Notes: generated by a model not told the origin, from the letters alone. DNA of 64,000 nucleotides from IMGVR_UViG_3300035661_000001:372001-436000; one strand, 5' to 3'. Positions 1 through 10,914 are shown, counted from the stretch's first letter. Numbers and translations: made by a program.

Positions 1-12
1 AAAGAAAGGCTT

Positions 13-1422
13 ATGAACTACAATTTAGATTTGGTCATTTTAAAAATTCTGATTTCCAATAAAAAATACGCTTTAGATTTCGTAAGTGAAAATGATGCCA
101 AATTATTTTCACCAGAAGTGTGGAATGCTGCAAACATATTTATTAATCATGTTAAAACTTATAAAGAATTGCCTACTCTACGCATTCTCACTGAGAAGCT
201 AGAAAAAGGTAATAATGGTAAATTAATTGAGAATGTGACTAAAGTTTGGTCGCAGTTGGAATCTATTGATTACGATGATAAAGAATATAAACATGATCTA
301 GAAAAGATTAAAAAGAGATTTGCTGAGAAGCAAATAGTTTTGATCAAAGAAAAATTAGAATCGATTGAGCCGGGCTCAATTGATGTTGCACGTTCAGTTG
401 TTGAAATGCAAAAAACGGTTCAATCGATTAAAAACTTAAGCCAAACTAAAGCTTATGAAAGAAAAACCTTAAAAGAAGCTGTACCTATTTTTAGGGAAGA
501 GTACAACGCCAAAATGGAAGACCCCCATTTTGATCGTGGTATAAAAACTGGATATTCATATTTCGATCATGTTACAGATGGTTTGCGACCTGGAGAATTA
601 GTTCTTATCGGCGGTGAATCGGGTGGTGGTAAATCCATGTTACTTATGAACATGGCACTTCAGCTATGGATGCAGAACAATTCTATTTACTCTGAGGATA
701 TTAATTCTACAGGTGGAAACAGTGTTTTGTATTTTTCTCTGGAAATGCCTTTTAAACCGTGTTTGAATCGCGTACTATCCAGATTGTCAAGTGCCCCTTC
801 AAAATTGATTAGAAATGCCAAGCTGAACCCAGAAGAAGCTGTTAGGTTGAAACGCGCGTTGAAGTTCATCAATAAATATAATCATCAATTTGAAATAGTA
901 GACATTCCTAGAGGTGCTACTATGGAAAATTTGGAATTAATATATGAGGAAGCGAAGGCTCATTATGATCCCAAAATAATTGTAATTGATTATTTGGGTT
1001 TAATGGATTATGAAGGTGGAGATATGGATGATTGGCTGAAATTAGGAAAGATTTCAGAAAAAATACATGAATTCGCCAGAGTTCATAATGTAATTGTTTT
1101 AAGTGCCGTGCAGTTAAACAGATCTAAAGGCGGAAAAGAAATAGAAGATAAAATTGGATTACATAGGATAGGTCGCTCGGCTTTGATTATGCAGAATGCT
1201 AACATTGCAGTACAAATTGAAACCAGACCAAATGAAAAGCAATATCCAGATATGAAATATCATGTAATTAAGAATAGAGATGGAAGCCTCGGACATGGTT
1301 CTCTAATTAAAGATTTGGCTTGTGGCACATTGTTGGATCAATCAACAAATGAAGACGATACTGAATTTTATGATAGAGATCCTGACGATATTTCTGGAAA
1401 ATTAGATTTACTTGATCTATGA
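13..1422 (+). CDS. dnaB: DnaB-like replicative DNA helicase
   Basis: Walker A GESGGGKS, FSLEM, IDYL (Walker B), QLNR and KNRDG motifs typical of the DnaB C-terminal domain. Confidence 0.9.
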   Translation: MNYNLDLVILKILISNKKYALDFVSENDAKLFSPEVWNAANIFINHVKTYKELPTLRILTEKLEKGNNGKLIENVTKVWSQLESIDYDDKEYKHDLEKIKKRFAEKQIVLIKEKLESIEPGSIDVARSVVEMQKTVQSIKNLSQTKAYERKTLKEAVPIFREEYNAKMEDPHFDRGIKTGYSYFDHVTDGLRPGELVLIGGESGGGKSMLLMNMALQLWMQNNSIYSEDINSTGGNSVLYFSLEMPFKPCLNRVLSRLSSAPSKLIRNAKLNPEEAVRLKRALKFINKYNHQFEIVDIPRGATMENLELIYEEAKAHYDPKIIVIDYLGLMDYEGGDMDDWLKLGKISEKIHEFARVHNVIVLSAVQLNRSKGGKEIEDKIGLHRIGRSALIMQNANIAVQIETRPNEKQYPDMKYHVIKNRDGSLGHGSLIKDLACGTLLDQSTNEDDTEFYDRDPDDISGKLDLLDL

Positions 1423-1440
1423 TTATTTAAGTATAAAGTA

Positions 1441-2340
1441 ATGGTGAGCCAGGAAAAAATATTCATACAAAAATGCAAAATTGTACATGACAACATCTAT
1501 GATTATAGTAAGACTGCATACAAAAATTCTACTTCAAAAATAATTATTACCTGTAACATTCATGGAGATTTTAGTCAACTTCCTCCCAAACATCTTTTTG
1601 GGCAAGGTTGTCCTAAATGTTCAAAATTTAGGAAGAAAACCCCATTGGAATTTGAAGAAAAAGCTAAAAAGATACATAGCAACAGATATGACTATTCCAA
1701 AACTGATTTTACACATATAAAAAACCGTTCTGTAATAATTTGCCCTATTCATGGCGAATTTTTACAGACAATAGATAAGCACATCAATTTTGGAAGAGGT
1801 TGCCAAATCTGTGGTGGATCCAAGAAGAAAACACAAGAAGAATGGTTGTCTGAAGCAAAATCTATTCATGGAGATCTATACGATTATTCATTATCCATCT
1901 ATACGAATTTTGAATCTAAATTAACTATTCTATGTAAAAGACACGGCGCATTTGATCAGACCCCACATAACCATATAAAAGGTAAGCAGGGTTGTCCTCA
2001 TTGTGTTCATAGAATTTCAAAAGGCGAGACTGAATGGTTAAATTATATAGGATTGCCGAATGACAGTAAACATAGAAATGTATACATCAAATTATCAAAC
2101 CGTAGTATAAAAGCAGATGGATTTAATCCCATAACTAATACGGTGTATGAATACTATGGTGATTATTATCATGGCAATCCGGTATTTTTTGATGGTGAAA
2201 AGAATAATCCACATACCAAATGCACATTTGGTGAGCTTTACAATAAGACATTAGAAAAAGAAAGAATAATAATAGAAAATGGATACAAGTTGATCACCAT
2301 ATGGGAATCCAATTGGAGAAAACAAAATGAAAAATTATGA
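1441..2340 (+). CDS. Putative homing endonuclease: three zinc-ribbon repeats plus C-terminal Vsr/DUF559-like nuclease
   Basis: Three YDYS...C.IHG.F.Q....H...GCPxC repeats; C-terminal ADGF...YEYYGDYYHG...IWE. Confidence 0.75.
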   Translation: MVSQEKIFIQKCKIVHDNIYDYSKTAYKNSTSKIIITCNIHGDFSQLPPKHLFGQGCPKCSKFRKKTPLEFEEKAKKIHSNRYDYSKTDFTHIKNRSVIICPIHGEFLQTIDKHINFGRGCQICGGSKKKTQEEWLSEAKSIHGDLYDYSLSIYTNFESKLTILCKRHGAFDQTPHNHIKGKQGCPHCVHRISKGETEWLNYIGLPNDSKHRNVYIKLSNRSIKADGFNPITNTVYEYYGDYYHGNPVFFDGEKNNPHTKCTFGELYNKTLEKERIIIENGYKLITIWESNWRKQNEKL

Positions 2341-2509
2341 GAAAAAAATAGCCGAAGCCATTCGGTTGGAATATGAAGAAAAAACCGGAAGATTATTTAT
2401 TGTATTTGAAGTGACTGACGAACAATATAAGAGAGATATAAAGAAGAATTGGGTTGAAGATATCGAATATCGAATAATCGATAAGAATTTAGTTTTGAAT
2501 GAAGAGTAG
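2327..2509 (+). CDS. Hypothetical protein
   Basis: 60-aa ORF overlapping the upstream stop, in a tightly packed operon. Confidence 0.6.
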   Translation: MKNYEKKIAEAIRLEYEEKTGRLFIVFEVTDEQYKRDIKKNWVEDIEYRIIDKNLVLNEE

Positions 2510-2525
2510 AATTAGGGTTGATAAA

Positions 2526-2846
2526 ATGAGTAGTATAAAATGTTTTATACATGATGACATAGTTAAATTATTTTTAGACATGAAAATTAATTCGCAGGGT
2601 AATATATTACCCTGCGACAACGCAGCAACCCAATCATTTGATTGGGTAGGCGAAGAAGATGAGATTTTTTGGTCTATAAAAATAAAAGATATTAATACAT
2701 CTCTTCTTTCATCATCTTTACTGACGCCTGATGAAAAATATGAAATAATACAATATTTTTCTAAACCTCGAAAATCTGAAGACACATTAAAAATTCTTAA
2801 TTTATCTATTTTTGATAGGTTAACTGAATTAAAAAGTTTTCTGTGA
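2526..2846 (+). CDS. Hypothetical protein with C-terminal LKSFL tail
   Basis: ORF track 2499..2846, likely start ATG 2526; ends LTELKSFL. Confidence 0.6.
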   Translation: MSSIKCFIHDDIVKLFLDMKINSQGNILPCDNAATQSFDWVGEEDEIFWSIKIKDINTSLLSSSLLTPDEKYEIIQYFSKPRKSEDTLKILNLSIFDRLTELKSFL

Positions 2847-3685
2847 ACTCATTCTACGAATATAAGTGTATTAATTTGATGACAATAATTAAATTAATAG
2901 AATATTCTAGTACTAGAAAATATAAAAAAAGAGATATTACATTGAAATGTGATGAATGTCATAAAATTTATGACTGTGAATCTAGATATAAAATAAGAGC
3001 CATAAAAAGTGAGCTTCATTTTTGTTCAAAAGATTGTTCTAAACAATCTTTTTCGTCCGGCAAGCTTAAACAAAAAGCTAATAAAAAATTAATTGAAAAA
3101 TATGGTTCTTTTTATGTACAAACAAGAGAGTTTAAAAAACAACAAAAAGAGCAGTGTCTTCAACAATATGGTGTTGAAAGCCGACTTGAAGCAAAAGAAA
3201 TTTTAGAAAAAATTAAACAAACTTGTTTAGAAAAATATGGTAAAGAAACTTTTGTAGGATCAGATGTTCATAAATCTAAATTAGATTATGATGCAATTGC
3301 ACAAAAAGCATGGAAAACTAAAATAAAAAATGGGACCTGTTCTAAATCAAAAATTGAAGAAAGGATAGCCCAGATTTTAGATTCAAACAATATTAAATAT
3401 GAAAGACAAGTTCCTAAGATAAAACAATGGATAGATTTTTATCTTATTTCTATGGATCTTTACATTCAAATAGATGGCGTCTATTGGCATGGTCTCAACA
3501 GACCAATAGAAATAATTGCTGAAGGCAATACATCGCAAGATAAAAAAATTTACAAACAAGTTTTACGAGATAATAAATTAAATCAGTATATGAAAAATAA
3601 TGGTTTAAATTTATTACGAATTACTGATGAGCAAATAAACAAAATGTCAGATGATGATGTTTTAAATTACATAAAGGAATTATAA
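2843..3685 (+). CDS. Putative homing endonuclease (EKYG repeats plus Vsr/DUF559-like nuclease)
   Basis: CxxC/FCS zinc motif, repeated C(L)EKYG units, C-terminal DFY...IQIDGVYWHG...RD. Confidence 0.7.
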   Translation: MNSFYEYKCINLMTIIKLIEYSSTRKYKKRDITLKCDECHKIYDCESRYKIRAIKSELHFCSKDCSKQSFSSGKLKQKANKKLIEKYGSFYVQTREFKKQQKEQCLQQYGVESRLEAKEILEKIKQTCLEKYGKETFVGSDVHKSKLDYDAIAQKAWKTKIKNGTCSKSKIEERIAQILDSNNIKYERQVPKIKQWIDFYLISMDLYIQIDGVYWHGLNRPIEIIAEGNTSQDKKIYKQVLRDNKLNQYMKNNGLNLLRITDEQINKMSDDDVLNYIKEL

Positions 3686-3687
3686 TT

Positions 3688-3996
3688 ATGCCTACTTATT
3701 TATATACTTGTCCTATTCATGGCAAATTTGAAGAAGAACATTCTATCAAAATTAAACTTGATTTTTGTTCTAAATGTACTGAAGAAGGAAAACTTGATGT
3801 ACCAGTGGAAAGATTGATTAATTGTGTTACTAAAGGCGTAGTTGAATTGTCAGGACAAGAATTGATTGCCAGGGCTAAACAAGAAGGAAAACAATTAGCT
3901 AAAGATGCTGCTAAAAGTGAAAAAATATATAGCAATTTACTTGGCGAAGGTCGTTACAACGATCTTCAAACTCGTATGGATCGTCGCAAACGATAA
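3688..3996 (+). CDS. FmdB-family zinc-ribbon protein
   Basis: MPTYLYTCPIHG...CSKC...RLI. Confidence 0.7.
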   Translation: MPTYLYTCPIHGKFEEEHSIKIKLDFCSKCTEEGKLDVPVERLINCVTKGVVELSGQELIARAKQEGKQLAKDAAKSEKIYSNLLGEGRYNDLQTRMDRRKR

Positions 3997-4084
3997 TTTA
4001 AAACAATTTTGCAGCGGATTGACATCGTAAAAACATAGATTATGTTAAGCGTACGATGTTTCGAGGAAATTTCGGAGATAAGAA

Positions 4085-4276
4085 ATGCCAACGTATCTTT
4101 ATTTATGTCCAGTTCATCACGAATTTGAATATGAACACTCTATTAAAGAAAAATTAGATGTTTGTCCAAAATGTGAAGAAGAAAAATTAGAAACTCAATC
4201 AGTAAAAAGATTGATTTCATCAGGTGGAAGTTTTATTTTAGTTGGGGGAAGCTGGGCTCGCGACAATTATAAATGA
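4085..4276 (+). CDS. FmdB-family zinc-ribbon protein (paralog)
   Basis: MPTYLYLCPVHH...CPKC...KRLISSGGSFILVGGSW..DNY. Confidence 0.75.
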   Translation: MPTYLYLCPVHHEFEYEHSIKEKLDVCPKCEEEKLETQSVKRLISSGGSFILVGGSWARDNYK

Positions 4277-4282
4277 AATTAA

Positions 4283-4423
4283 ATGACAAACAATAAGATT
4301 ATTAAAAAGAGTAATATAAAAAGAGTAATAGAGCTACTTAAATTTGTTCTAACATTAGATGATCCAGAACTAACTAAATCAACTGTAGAATCAGTTATTG
4401 AATTATTAGAAGAGACCAAATAA
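4283..4423 (+). CDS. Small hypothetical protein (46 aa, not in the ORF track)
   Basis: Manual translation MTNNKIIKKSNIKRVIELLKFVLTLDDPELTKSTVESVIELLEETK. Confidence 0.5.
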   Translation: MTNNKIIKKSNIKRVIELLKFVLTLDDPELTKSTVESVIELLEETK

Positions 4424-4499
4424 CAAATTAAATAGCTTTATCAATAATTAAGTATGTAACGTACGTTGTGTAGGTTTGCTGGGAAAATCGGAGATTATA

Positions 4500-5129
4500 A
4501 TGTTGCAAGAGAAAGAAGCTCAAGAATTAATTGTAAAATTTATTGAGCTCAGAGAAAAATCCAATGAATCCAAGATGCCAGCAGATATTGTTGAATTTAA
4601 AAAACATGAGAAGTTGTGTATTGAGAAATTTAAGTATTTAGTTACTATGAAAACTGGTAGATACAAATCATTTAGTAATTATGAAGATCTTAATCAAGAA
4701 GGTTTAGAAGCCTTAGTGAAGTCTATGAAAAACTACAATCCTAAAAAGGGGATTTTCTTTTACTGGGCACACAAGTATATTGATACTCGTATTTCACGAA
4801 GTGCTAATTTACACACAACGATTAGATATCCTTTAAGAGTAGCTAAGAACACTCCTCCTCATAAAGAAGCTATAATGCCTACTATGATTGAAGAGAGACA
4901 TTGCCCTGATAAAGAGTACGAAGAAGCTTTGACTGTTTCATCTATCGAATCAGCTATGGTTGCATTAACAAATGAACAAAAAGAAATTATTAGCCTAGCA
5001 TATGGAATCGATGGAGATAAGCCGATGTCAATTAATAAGATATGTAAAAAATTAAACATATCTAGAGTTAGTTGTTTGAAAACAATTAACAATTCATTGT
5101 TGTCGATGAAAAGTAATATTGCTGTATAA
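4500..5129 (+). CDS. Phage RNA polymerase sigma factor (sigma70 family)
   Basis: Region 2 EDLNQEGLEALVKSMKNYNPKKG.FFYWA; region 4 HTH LTNEQKEIISLAYG...SINKICKKLNISR. Confidence 0.85.
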   Translation: MLQEKEAQELIVKFIELREKSNESKMPADIVEFKKHEKLCIEKFKYLVTMKTGRYKSFSNYEDLNQEGLEALVKSMKNYNPKKGIFFYWAHKYIDTRISRSANLHTTIRYPLRVAKNTPPHKEAIMPTMIEERHCPDKEYEEALTVSSIESAMVALTNEQKEIISLAYGIDGDKPMSINKICKKLNISRVSCLKTINNSLLSMKSNIAV

Positions 5130-5165
5130 GTAGTTACACCGTTTATCTTTATAGGTTTTTTATAT

Positions 5166-6143
5166 ATGTCTTTATTTACGCCGAGACCCACGTATGCGCC
5201 ATTTGAATATCCAAAAGCCTATACATATTGGGAATTACAACAACAATCTCATTGGCTTCACCATGAGATATCATTAGCATCAGATATTAATGATTGGAAA
5301 ATAAATCTTTCCGAAACAGAAAAAAATGTCATAGGTCATATCCTAAAAGGATTTACCCAATCAGAAGTTTTCATCCAAGAATATTGGGGACAGATGGTTG
5401 GTAAATGGTTTAAAAAACCAGAAATTCAAATGATGGCTGCAACATTTTCTTCTATGGAATCCATTCACGCAGTAGCTTATGCTTACTTAAATCAATCTCT
5501 TGGTCTTGAAGATTTCGAAGCATTTTTACATGAACCAACAGCAAAAGCAAAAATTGACAGATTAATTACTACAAAAGGCAAATCCAAGGAAGAGATTGCT
5601 AAATCTTTAGCAATCTTTTCTGCCTTCAATGAAGGTGTTAATCTCTTCTCATCATTTGCTGTTCTATTGAATTTTTCCAGATTCAATAAATTAAAAGGTG
5701 TCGGACAAATCATTGCATTTTCAATCAAGGATGAGTCTTTACATTCAGAAGCAGGATGTTGGCTGTTCAGAGTGTTAATAGAAGAGTTTCCTGAAATATT
5801 CACTGACACTTTAAAAAAAGAGATTTATGATGCCGCAAGATTAACCGTAGAGTTAGAGGATGCTTTTATTGACAAAGCATTTGAACTCGGCACAATTGAA
5901 GGTATCACGCCTCAAGATCTTAAAGCATTCATTAGATTTAGAGCTAATACAAAATTAAATGATTTGGGTTTGAAAAAAGTTTGGAAAAATTTGGATAAAC
6001 AAGCCCTTGAAAGAATGGCATGGTTTGATGTAATGAGTGCTGGCGTATCACATGCCGACTTCTTTGCACAACGTGTCTCTGATTACGCAAAGGGGGCGAT
6101 TGACTTCTCTAACATTTGGGACGACGAGAGTACACATGAGTAA
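5166..6143 (+). CDS. nrdB: Ribonucleotide reductase class Ia beta subunit
   Basis: Di-iron ligands ESIH and DESLH, EGVNLFSSF, C-terminal DFF...Y. Confidence 0.95.
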   Translation: MSLFTPRPTYAPFEYPKAYTYWELQQQSHWLHHEISLASDINDWKINLSETEKNVIGHILKGFTQSEVFIQEYWGQMVGKWFKKPEIQMMAATFSSMESIHAVAYAYLNQSLGLEDFEAFLHEPTAKAKIDRLITTKGKSKEEIAKSLAIFSAFNEGVNLFSSFAVLLNFSRFNKLKGVGQIIAFSIKDESLHSEAGCWLFRVLIEEFPEIFTDTLKKEIYDAARLTVELEDAFIDKAFELGTIEGITPQDLKAFIRFRANTKLNDLGLKKVWKNLDKQALERMAWFDVMSAGVSHADFFAQRVSDYAKGAIDFSNIWDDESTHE

Positions 6144-7833
6144 ATTAGATGAGCTAAAAAATAATAATGAAGCCCCTGAATGGATGAATGATGAAGGATT
6201 TCGAACACTGTCTGGAGGTTATTTATTACCAAATGAAACTCCAAAAGACATGTATCGTCGTGTAGCTAATGCAGCAGCCAGTTACTATAAAGATAGCAAA
6301 TTTTACGAAGAGAAATTTTTTGATATTCTTTGGAAAAATTGGTTGTGCCCCGCATCACCAGTGTTAAGCAACATGGGTACTAATAGAGGATTACCAATAA
6401 GTTGTAATACAATTCATGTTGATGATAGTATTGAATCAATATTCATGAAGAATTATGAATTGGCTACATTGTCTAAAAATGGCGCCGGCGTTGGCATTTA
6501 TTTCGGAGATATAAGAGGTCGTGGTACGCCAATTAAAGGTAATGGAGTATCTGAGGGTGTAGTTCCATGGGCTAAAGTCTATGATACAACTACAGTGTCA
6601 GTAAATCAAGGTTCTACTAGAAGAGGTGCCTCTGCTATTTATCTTCCGGTAGTTCATAAAGATGTTGAAGAATTCATTAACATTAGAAAACCAACTGGAG
6701 ATATTAATCGTCGTTGTTTAAATATCAATCATGGGTTATGTATATTCAACGATTGGATGGAAGATCTAGTTGCTGGTAACAAAGATAATAGAAAAATTTG
6801 GGCAGAAATTTTAAAGACACGTGCTGAAACTGGTGAACCATACATTTTTTTCACTGACAATGTCAATGATAATAATCCAGAATGTTACACAAAAAACAAT
6901 TTGGATGTTAAGAGTAGTAATATCTGTACTGAAATAACTTTATTCACTGACCCCGATCATAGTTTTGTATGTTGCTTATCTTCTTTGAATTTAGTTCGTT
7001 GGCACGAGTGGAAAGATACAGACACAGTTAATTTATCTGTTAGATTCTTAGATGCTGTTTTATCTGAATATATAGAAAAAACAGAAGGAATGACAGGAAT
7101 GGAAGCATCTAGAAGATCAGCTATTAAAGGCAGAGCAATTGGTATTGGAGCATTAGGCTGGCACACTTTACTTCAAGAAGAAGGTATTCCTTTTGAAAGT
7201 TTTGATTCAATGAGAATGAATGCGGAAATTTTCAAGAGTATACATAAAAAAGCTAATGAAGAAACCGCAGTTCTCGCTAAAGAATTAGGAGAACCTGAAT
7301 GGTGCAAAGGATTTAATAGAAGGAACACTCATTTAATTGCTATTGCTCCAACTGTAAGTAATTCTACTATTGCTGGGGGATATAGCGCTGGTATTGAACC
7401 AATTTCTGCAAATATGTTGGCAGCCAAATCTGCTAAAGGAACATTTATTCGCAAAAATATTACGTTAGAAAAGATATTAAGTAAAAAAGGATTTGATACC
7501 CCAGAAACTTGGAAATCTATTAACGAGCAAAATGGCAGCGTACAGCATCTTAAATGTTTGACAGCACAAGAAAAAGAAGTGTTCTTAACTGCGAGAGAGA
7601 TTAATCAACATGCTATTGTTAAATTAGCTGTACAAAGGCAAAAATGGGTCGACCAAGCACAATCAGTTAATTTATTTTTCGCCACAAATTCTTCTCCAAA
7701 ATATATACATGAAGTCCATATGCAAGCATGGAAAAGCGGATTGAAAACTCTTTATTATTTGCGTAGTGATGGAGTTATCAAGGGAGATTTGGCGTTTAGA
7801 AGTGAAGAAGATTGTAAAGCTTGTGAAGGTTAA
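6136..7833 (+). CDS. nrdA: Ribonucleotide reductase class Ia alpha subunit
   Basis: PISC, SNICTEI, CCLSS, APT..S, KTLYY, C-terminal CKACEG; start ATG 6136 overlaps the nrdB end. Confidence 0.95.
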   Translation: MSKLDELKNNNEAPEWMNDEGFRTLSGGYLLPNETPKDMYRRVANAAASYYKDSKFYEEKFFDILWKNWLCPASPVLSNMGTNRGLPISCNTIHVDDSIESIFMKNYELATLSKNGAGVGIYFGDIRGRGTPIKGNGVSEGVVPWAKVYDTTTVSVNQGSTRRGASAIYLPVVHKDVEEFINIRKPTGDINRRCLNINHGLCIFNDWMEDLVAGNKDNRKIWAEILKTRAETGEPYIFFTDNVNDNNPECYTKNNLDVKSSNICTEITLFTDPDHSFVCCLSSLNLVRWHEWKDTDTVNLSVRFLDAVLSEYIEKTEGMTGMEASRRSAIKGRAIGIGALGWHTLLQEEGIPFESFDSMRMNAEIFKSIHKKANEETAVLAKELGEPEWCKGFNRRNTHLIAIAPTVSNSTIAGGYSAGIEPISANMLAAKSAKGTFIRKNITLEKILSKKGFDTPETWKSINEQNGSVQHLKCLTAQEKEVFLTAREINQHAIVKLAVQRQKWVDQAQSVNLFFATNSSPKYIHEVHMQAWKSGLKTLYYLRSDGVIKGDLAFRSEEDCKACEG

Positions 7834-7875
7834 TTAAAAATAATTAGTGTTGGTAATTAAAAGGTATTTGAATAC

Positions 7876-8247
7876 ATGCAAGGCACTATTCTTTTGAACT
7901 ATAATGAAAATGTTCATCATGTTGAGGAAGAGGAGAAAACCCGTTTTCTCAGGAATATACTTGAGCAAATGGGTCTTCCTATTCAAGAATTTTGGGCTGA
8001 CGATTCCCTATTAAATATTGAACAAAAAATCAAATTGCGTAATTTGATGACAACATATTCAATTCAGGTTATAGATGACCGTGATGGACATCTAGCTATT
8101 TTAGTTGAGGGGGAATTGGTTGGAGAATGGCACAAGTGCACATATAAATTACGACGTGACCCCGGTCAACTCGATCGCCGTAAACAATTATATCTAGAGA
8201 TGGAAGTAAATTGCTGGTCATTATTTGAGGAACAAACACAAGAATAA
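7876..8247 (+). CDS. Hypothetical protein
   Basis: 123-aa ORF in operon context. Confidence 0.65.
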   Translation: MQGTILLNYNENVHHVEEEEKTRFLRNILEQMGLPIQEFWADDSLLNIEQKIKLRNLMTTYSIQVIDDRDGHLAILVEGELVGEWHKCTYKLRRDPGQLDRRKQLYLEMEVNCWSLFEEQTQE

Positions 8248-8248
8248 A

Positions 8249-9574
8249 ATGAGAACAACCTACGTATTAGACACATCCGCCTTAGTACAAGACCCTGAAG
8301 CATACAAACGTTTTTCACACAGTGATGTGATTATTCCAATCACTGTTTTGGAGGAATTGGATAAGCTCAAAAAGCAATCAGATGGAGCTGGTAAAAATGC
8401 CAGAGTCGCATCACGTTTATTGGATGAAATTTGTAATCTTGGAGATATTAGCACAGGTATATTATTAGAGAATGATATTCTATTAAAAATAGATGTCACG
8501 TATCGAGACCTTACATTACCATCATTTGTTGGGCTTGGAGATCCATCTTATGGAGATACCAAAATTCTAGCATGTTTAATTGCTACTTGGAAAGAACATT
8601 CAGAACATGATGTTTGTTTAGTAAGCAATGATAACAATTTAAGAGTTAAATCAAAAGCATATGGTATCGATGCACAATCACATGATGATGCTAGATTATC
8701 ATTAAGCGGATTATACCCAGGTGTTAAAGTTATTACAGATGAAGAAGTAGGTTATGATTTACAACAGTTTGGATTTATTGATCCACGTGTTCTAGACACT
8801 GAATTAAATCCACATGAATGTGTTTTATTTCAGAACGAACAATCTGACGGCATCGCCATGGGTCGAAAGGTCGCTCCGAACAAGATAAAACTTTTGAAGA
8901 AACATTTTCCATGGGGCATTTCTGGTAGAAACAAAGAACAGATTTTTGCTATTGATTTAATCATGGATAGATCTGTTGATTTAGTTACATTGATTGGTCG
9001 TGCAGGTAGTGGAAAAAGCTTAGTAGCTTTGGCATCAGCTCTGGAAATGGTTTTGCACAGAAAAGAATACGAACGTCTAGTAATTTACAGACCTATTCAG
9101 GCAGTCGGTAATGATATTGGTTTCTTGCCTGGTGAAATGCACGAAAAATTAGCCCCGTGGTTCCAAGCAATTATGGACAATTTCGAAGTTTTATTTTCTA
9201 GCAAATCTTCCTCTAAAGGATCGGGAAATGACTGGAAACGTGATTTAGAAATTTTCCAGAAAAAGGGTCAGATAGAAATGGAAGCTATTACTTACATCCG
9301 TGGTAGAAGTATCCCTAATTCTATTATCTTAATTGATGAATGTCAAAATTTGACAAAAGACGAGGTTAAAACTATCTTAACCCGTGCCGGTGAAGGAACA
9401 AAAATAGTTATGACCGGTGATATAGAGCAAATCGATAATTCATCATTGGATGCCACGAATAACGGCTTAACCTATGTAATTGAAAAGTTTAAAGATTCTG
9501 ATTTATCAGGGCATGTAACTTTCATTCAGGGAGAAAGAAGCAAACTGGCGACCAAAGCAGCTGAAATTTTATGA
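8249..9574 (+). CDS. phoH: PIN-domain PhoH-family ATPase
   Basis: N-terminal PIN (VLDTS, LEELD, D..IL, SND.NLR); GRAGSGKS, GFLPG, YIRGRS, IDECQN, GDIEQID. Confidence 0.92.
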   Translation: MRTTYVLDTSALVQDPEAYKRFSHSDVIIPITVLEELDKLKKQSDGAGKNARVASRLLDEICNLGDISTGILLENDILLKIDVTYRDLTLPSFVGLGDPSYGDTKILACLIATWKEHSEHDVCLVSNDNNLRVKSKAYGIDAQSHDDARLSLSGLYPGVKVITDEEVGYDLQQFGFIDPRVLDTELNPHECVLFQNEQSDGIAMGRKVAPNKIKLLKKHFPWGISGRNKEQIFAIDLIMDRSVDLVTLIGRAGSGKSLVALASALEMVLHRKEYERLVIYRPIQAVGNDIGFLPGEMHEKLAPWFQAIMDNFEVLFSSKSSSKGSGNDWKRDLEIFQKKGQIEMEAITYIRGRSIPNSIILIDECQNLTKDEVKTILTRAGEGTKIVMTGDIEQIDNSSLDATNNGLTYVIEKFKDSDLSGHVTFIQGERSKLATKAAEIL

Positions 9575-9581
9575 GGATAAA

Positions 9582-9833
9582 ATGAGTGAAGATAACAACG
9601 CACCTACTAGTAAATTAACAGACGCAGATCGTTTAGCATTAGAGCTAGCAAAAGCTAATAAAAAAACAGCAGTTGCTGTAGCTGAAAAAGCAATTGCTCA
9701 GAATGAAACTGCTGAACTAGCATATAAGTATTTGGTTTTACAAATCTATATGAAATATGGATTAAGTGAATTAGATGCAATCTCTGAAGTTGGAGAAATA
9801 CTAAGAGGCGGCGCAGTTCCAAAGGCACAATAA
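9582..9833 (+). CDS. Hypothetical protein
   Basis: GAGG RBS, 83-aa helical ORF. Confidence 0.65.
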   Translation: MSEDNNAPTSKLTDADRLALELAKANKKTAVAVAEKAIAQNETAELAYKYLVLQIYMKYGLSELDAISEVGEILRGGAVPKAQ

Positions 9834-9834
9834 G

Positions 9835-10080
9835 ATGGAATTGAAAGAATTAACAGATCTTATAACTATCAGACAATATGTTGTTGGCGCCACCAACAAC
9901 ATGACTATAGATCGTGCTGCTGTTAAAGAATTGAATGGCATTTTGATATTGCTTGATAATAAAATTGTCAATATACTTAGAGGACCTTCGTTCAAAGAGT
10001 ATATTGATTATCAAGATGTCAAAAAGGCTATTGAAGACGTAGTTCGTATCACGAATATCAAATCAGGTTTAAAGAAATAA
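9835..10080 (+). CDS. Hypothetical protein
   Basis: 81-aa ORF abutting the previous gene. Confidence 0.65.
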   Translation: MELKELTDLITIRQYVVGATNNMTIDRAAVKELNGILILLDNKIVNILRGPSFKEYIDYQDVKKAIEDVVRITNIKSGLKK

Positions 10081-10107
10081 TTTTCATTTTTGAGGTAAGA
10101 TTGTAGA

Positions 10108-10914
10108 ATGAGAGTATCATCAAGCGGAACATTTGCTTCCAATGAATTCGTGACTTTAAAAGATCAGAATTGGCTTGATAAACAAAGGGTCGCCGGCAAA
10201 ATCGCTGCCGGCGCTCTTTTGTTATTAGAGCAACAAATTAAAAATAATACAGATTTATCATTAATTGAATTAAATAATCTAGCTGAACAATATATCCAAG
10301 ATCATCATTGTTCATTAACTTTTAAGGGATACAAGGGATTTCCTGCTGGAGTTTGTATTTCTGTTAATAAACAGTTAGTACATGGGATCCCAACTGATTA
10401 TCATTTGAAAGATGGTGATTTAATTAGTTTTGATTTAGGAACCACATACCAAGGAGCTATTGCAGATACAGCAATCACTTGTATTTATGGCATGCCAAAA
10501 TCAGAAAGACATCGCTTATTAGTTCAAGCTACCGAAGAATGTTTGATGGCAGGCATTAAAGCAATTGAAGTAGGCAAAAAATTAGGTGTCATTGGTAATG
10601 CTATTTCCAATGTTAATAAAAAATATGGGTTTGGATTAGTAACTAAATATGGAGGACACGGTCTCTGTACAACAAAAGATGGTGTAGGGATACCACACGC
10701 GCCTCCATTTATTGCCAACAAAGCATCCGTAAATGAAGGGATTAGAATTCAACCAGGATTAGTTATAGCTATAGAGCCAATGCTTATAATTGGAGATACA
10801 TACACTTTTGTAGAAAAGGATGGTTGGACAGTATGTGGCATGGGCATATCTGCTCATTTTGAGCATAGTCTATATGTTCATGAAGATCATGTGGAAATAA
10901 TAAGCCAAAGGTAA
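10108..10914 (+). CDS. map: Methionine aminopeptidase type I
   Basis: CISVN..VHGIP, DLG...AD.A.T, GGHG, IEPM, SAHFEHS. Confidence 0.93.
   Translation: MRVSSSGTFASNEFVTLKDQNWLDKQRVAGKIAAGALLLLEQQIKNNTDLSLIELNNLAEQYIQDHHCSLTFKGYKGFPAGVCISVNKQLVHGIPTDYHLKDGDLISFDLGTTYQGAIADTAITCIYGMPKSERHRLLVQATEECLMAGIKAIEVGKKLGVIGNAISNVNKKYGFGLVTKYGGHGLCTTKDGVGIPHAPPFIANKASVNEGIRIQPGLVIAIEPMLIIGDTYTFVEKDGWTVCGMGISAHFEHSLYVHEDHVEIISQR

Noticed and set aside
6037-6135. N-terminal extension of nrdA from the ORF track
   Set aside because: It overlaps nrdB; ATG 6136 is the more plausible start
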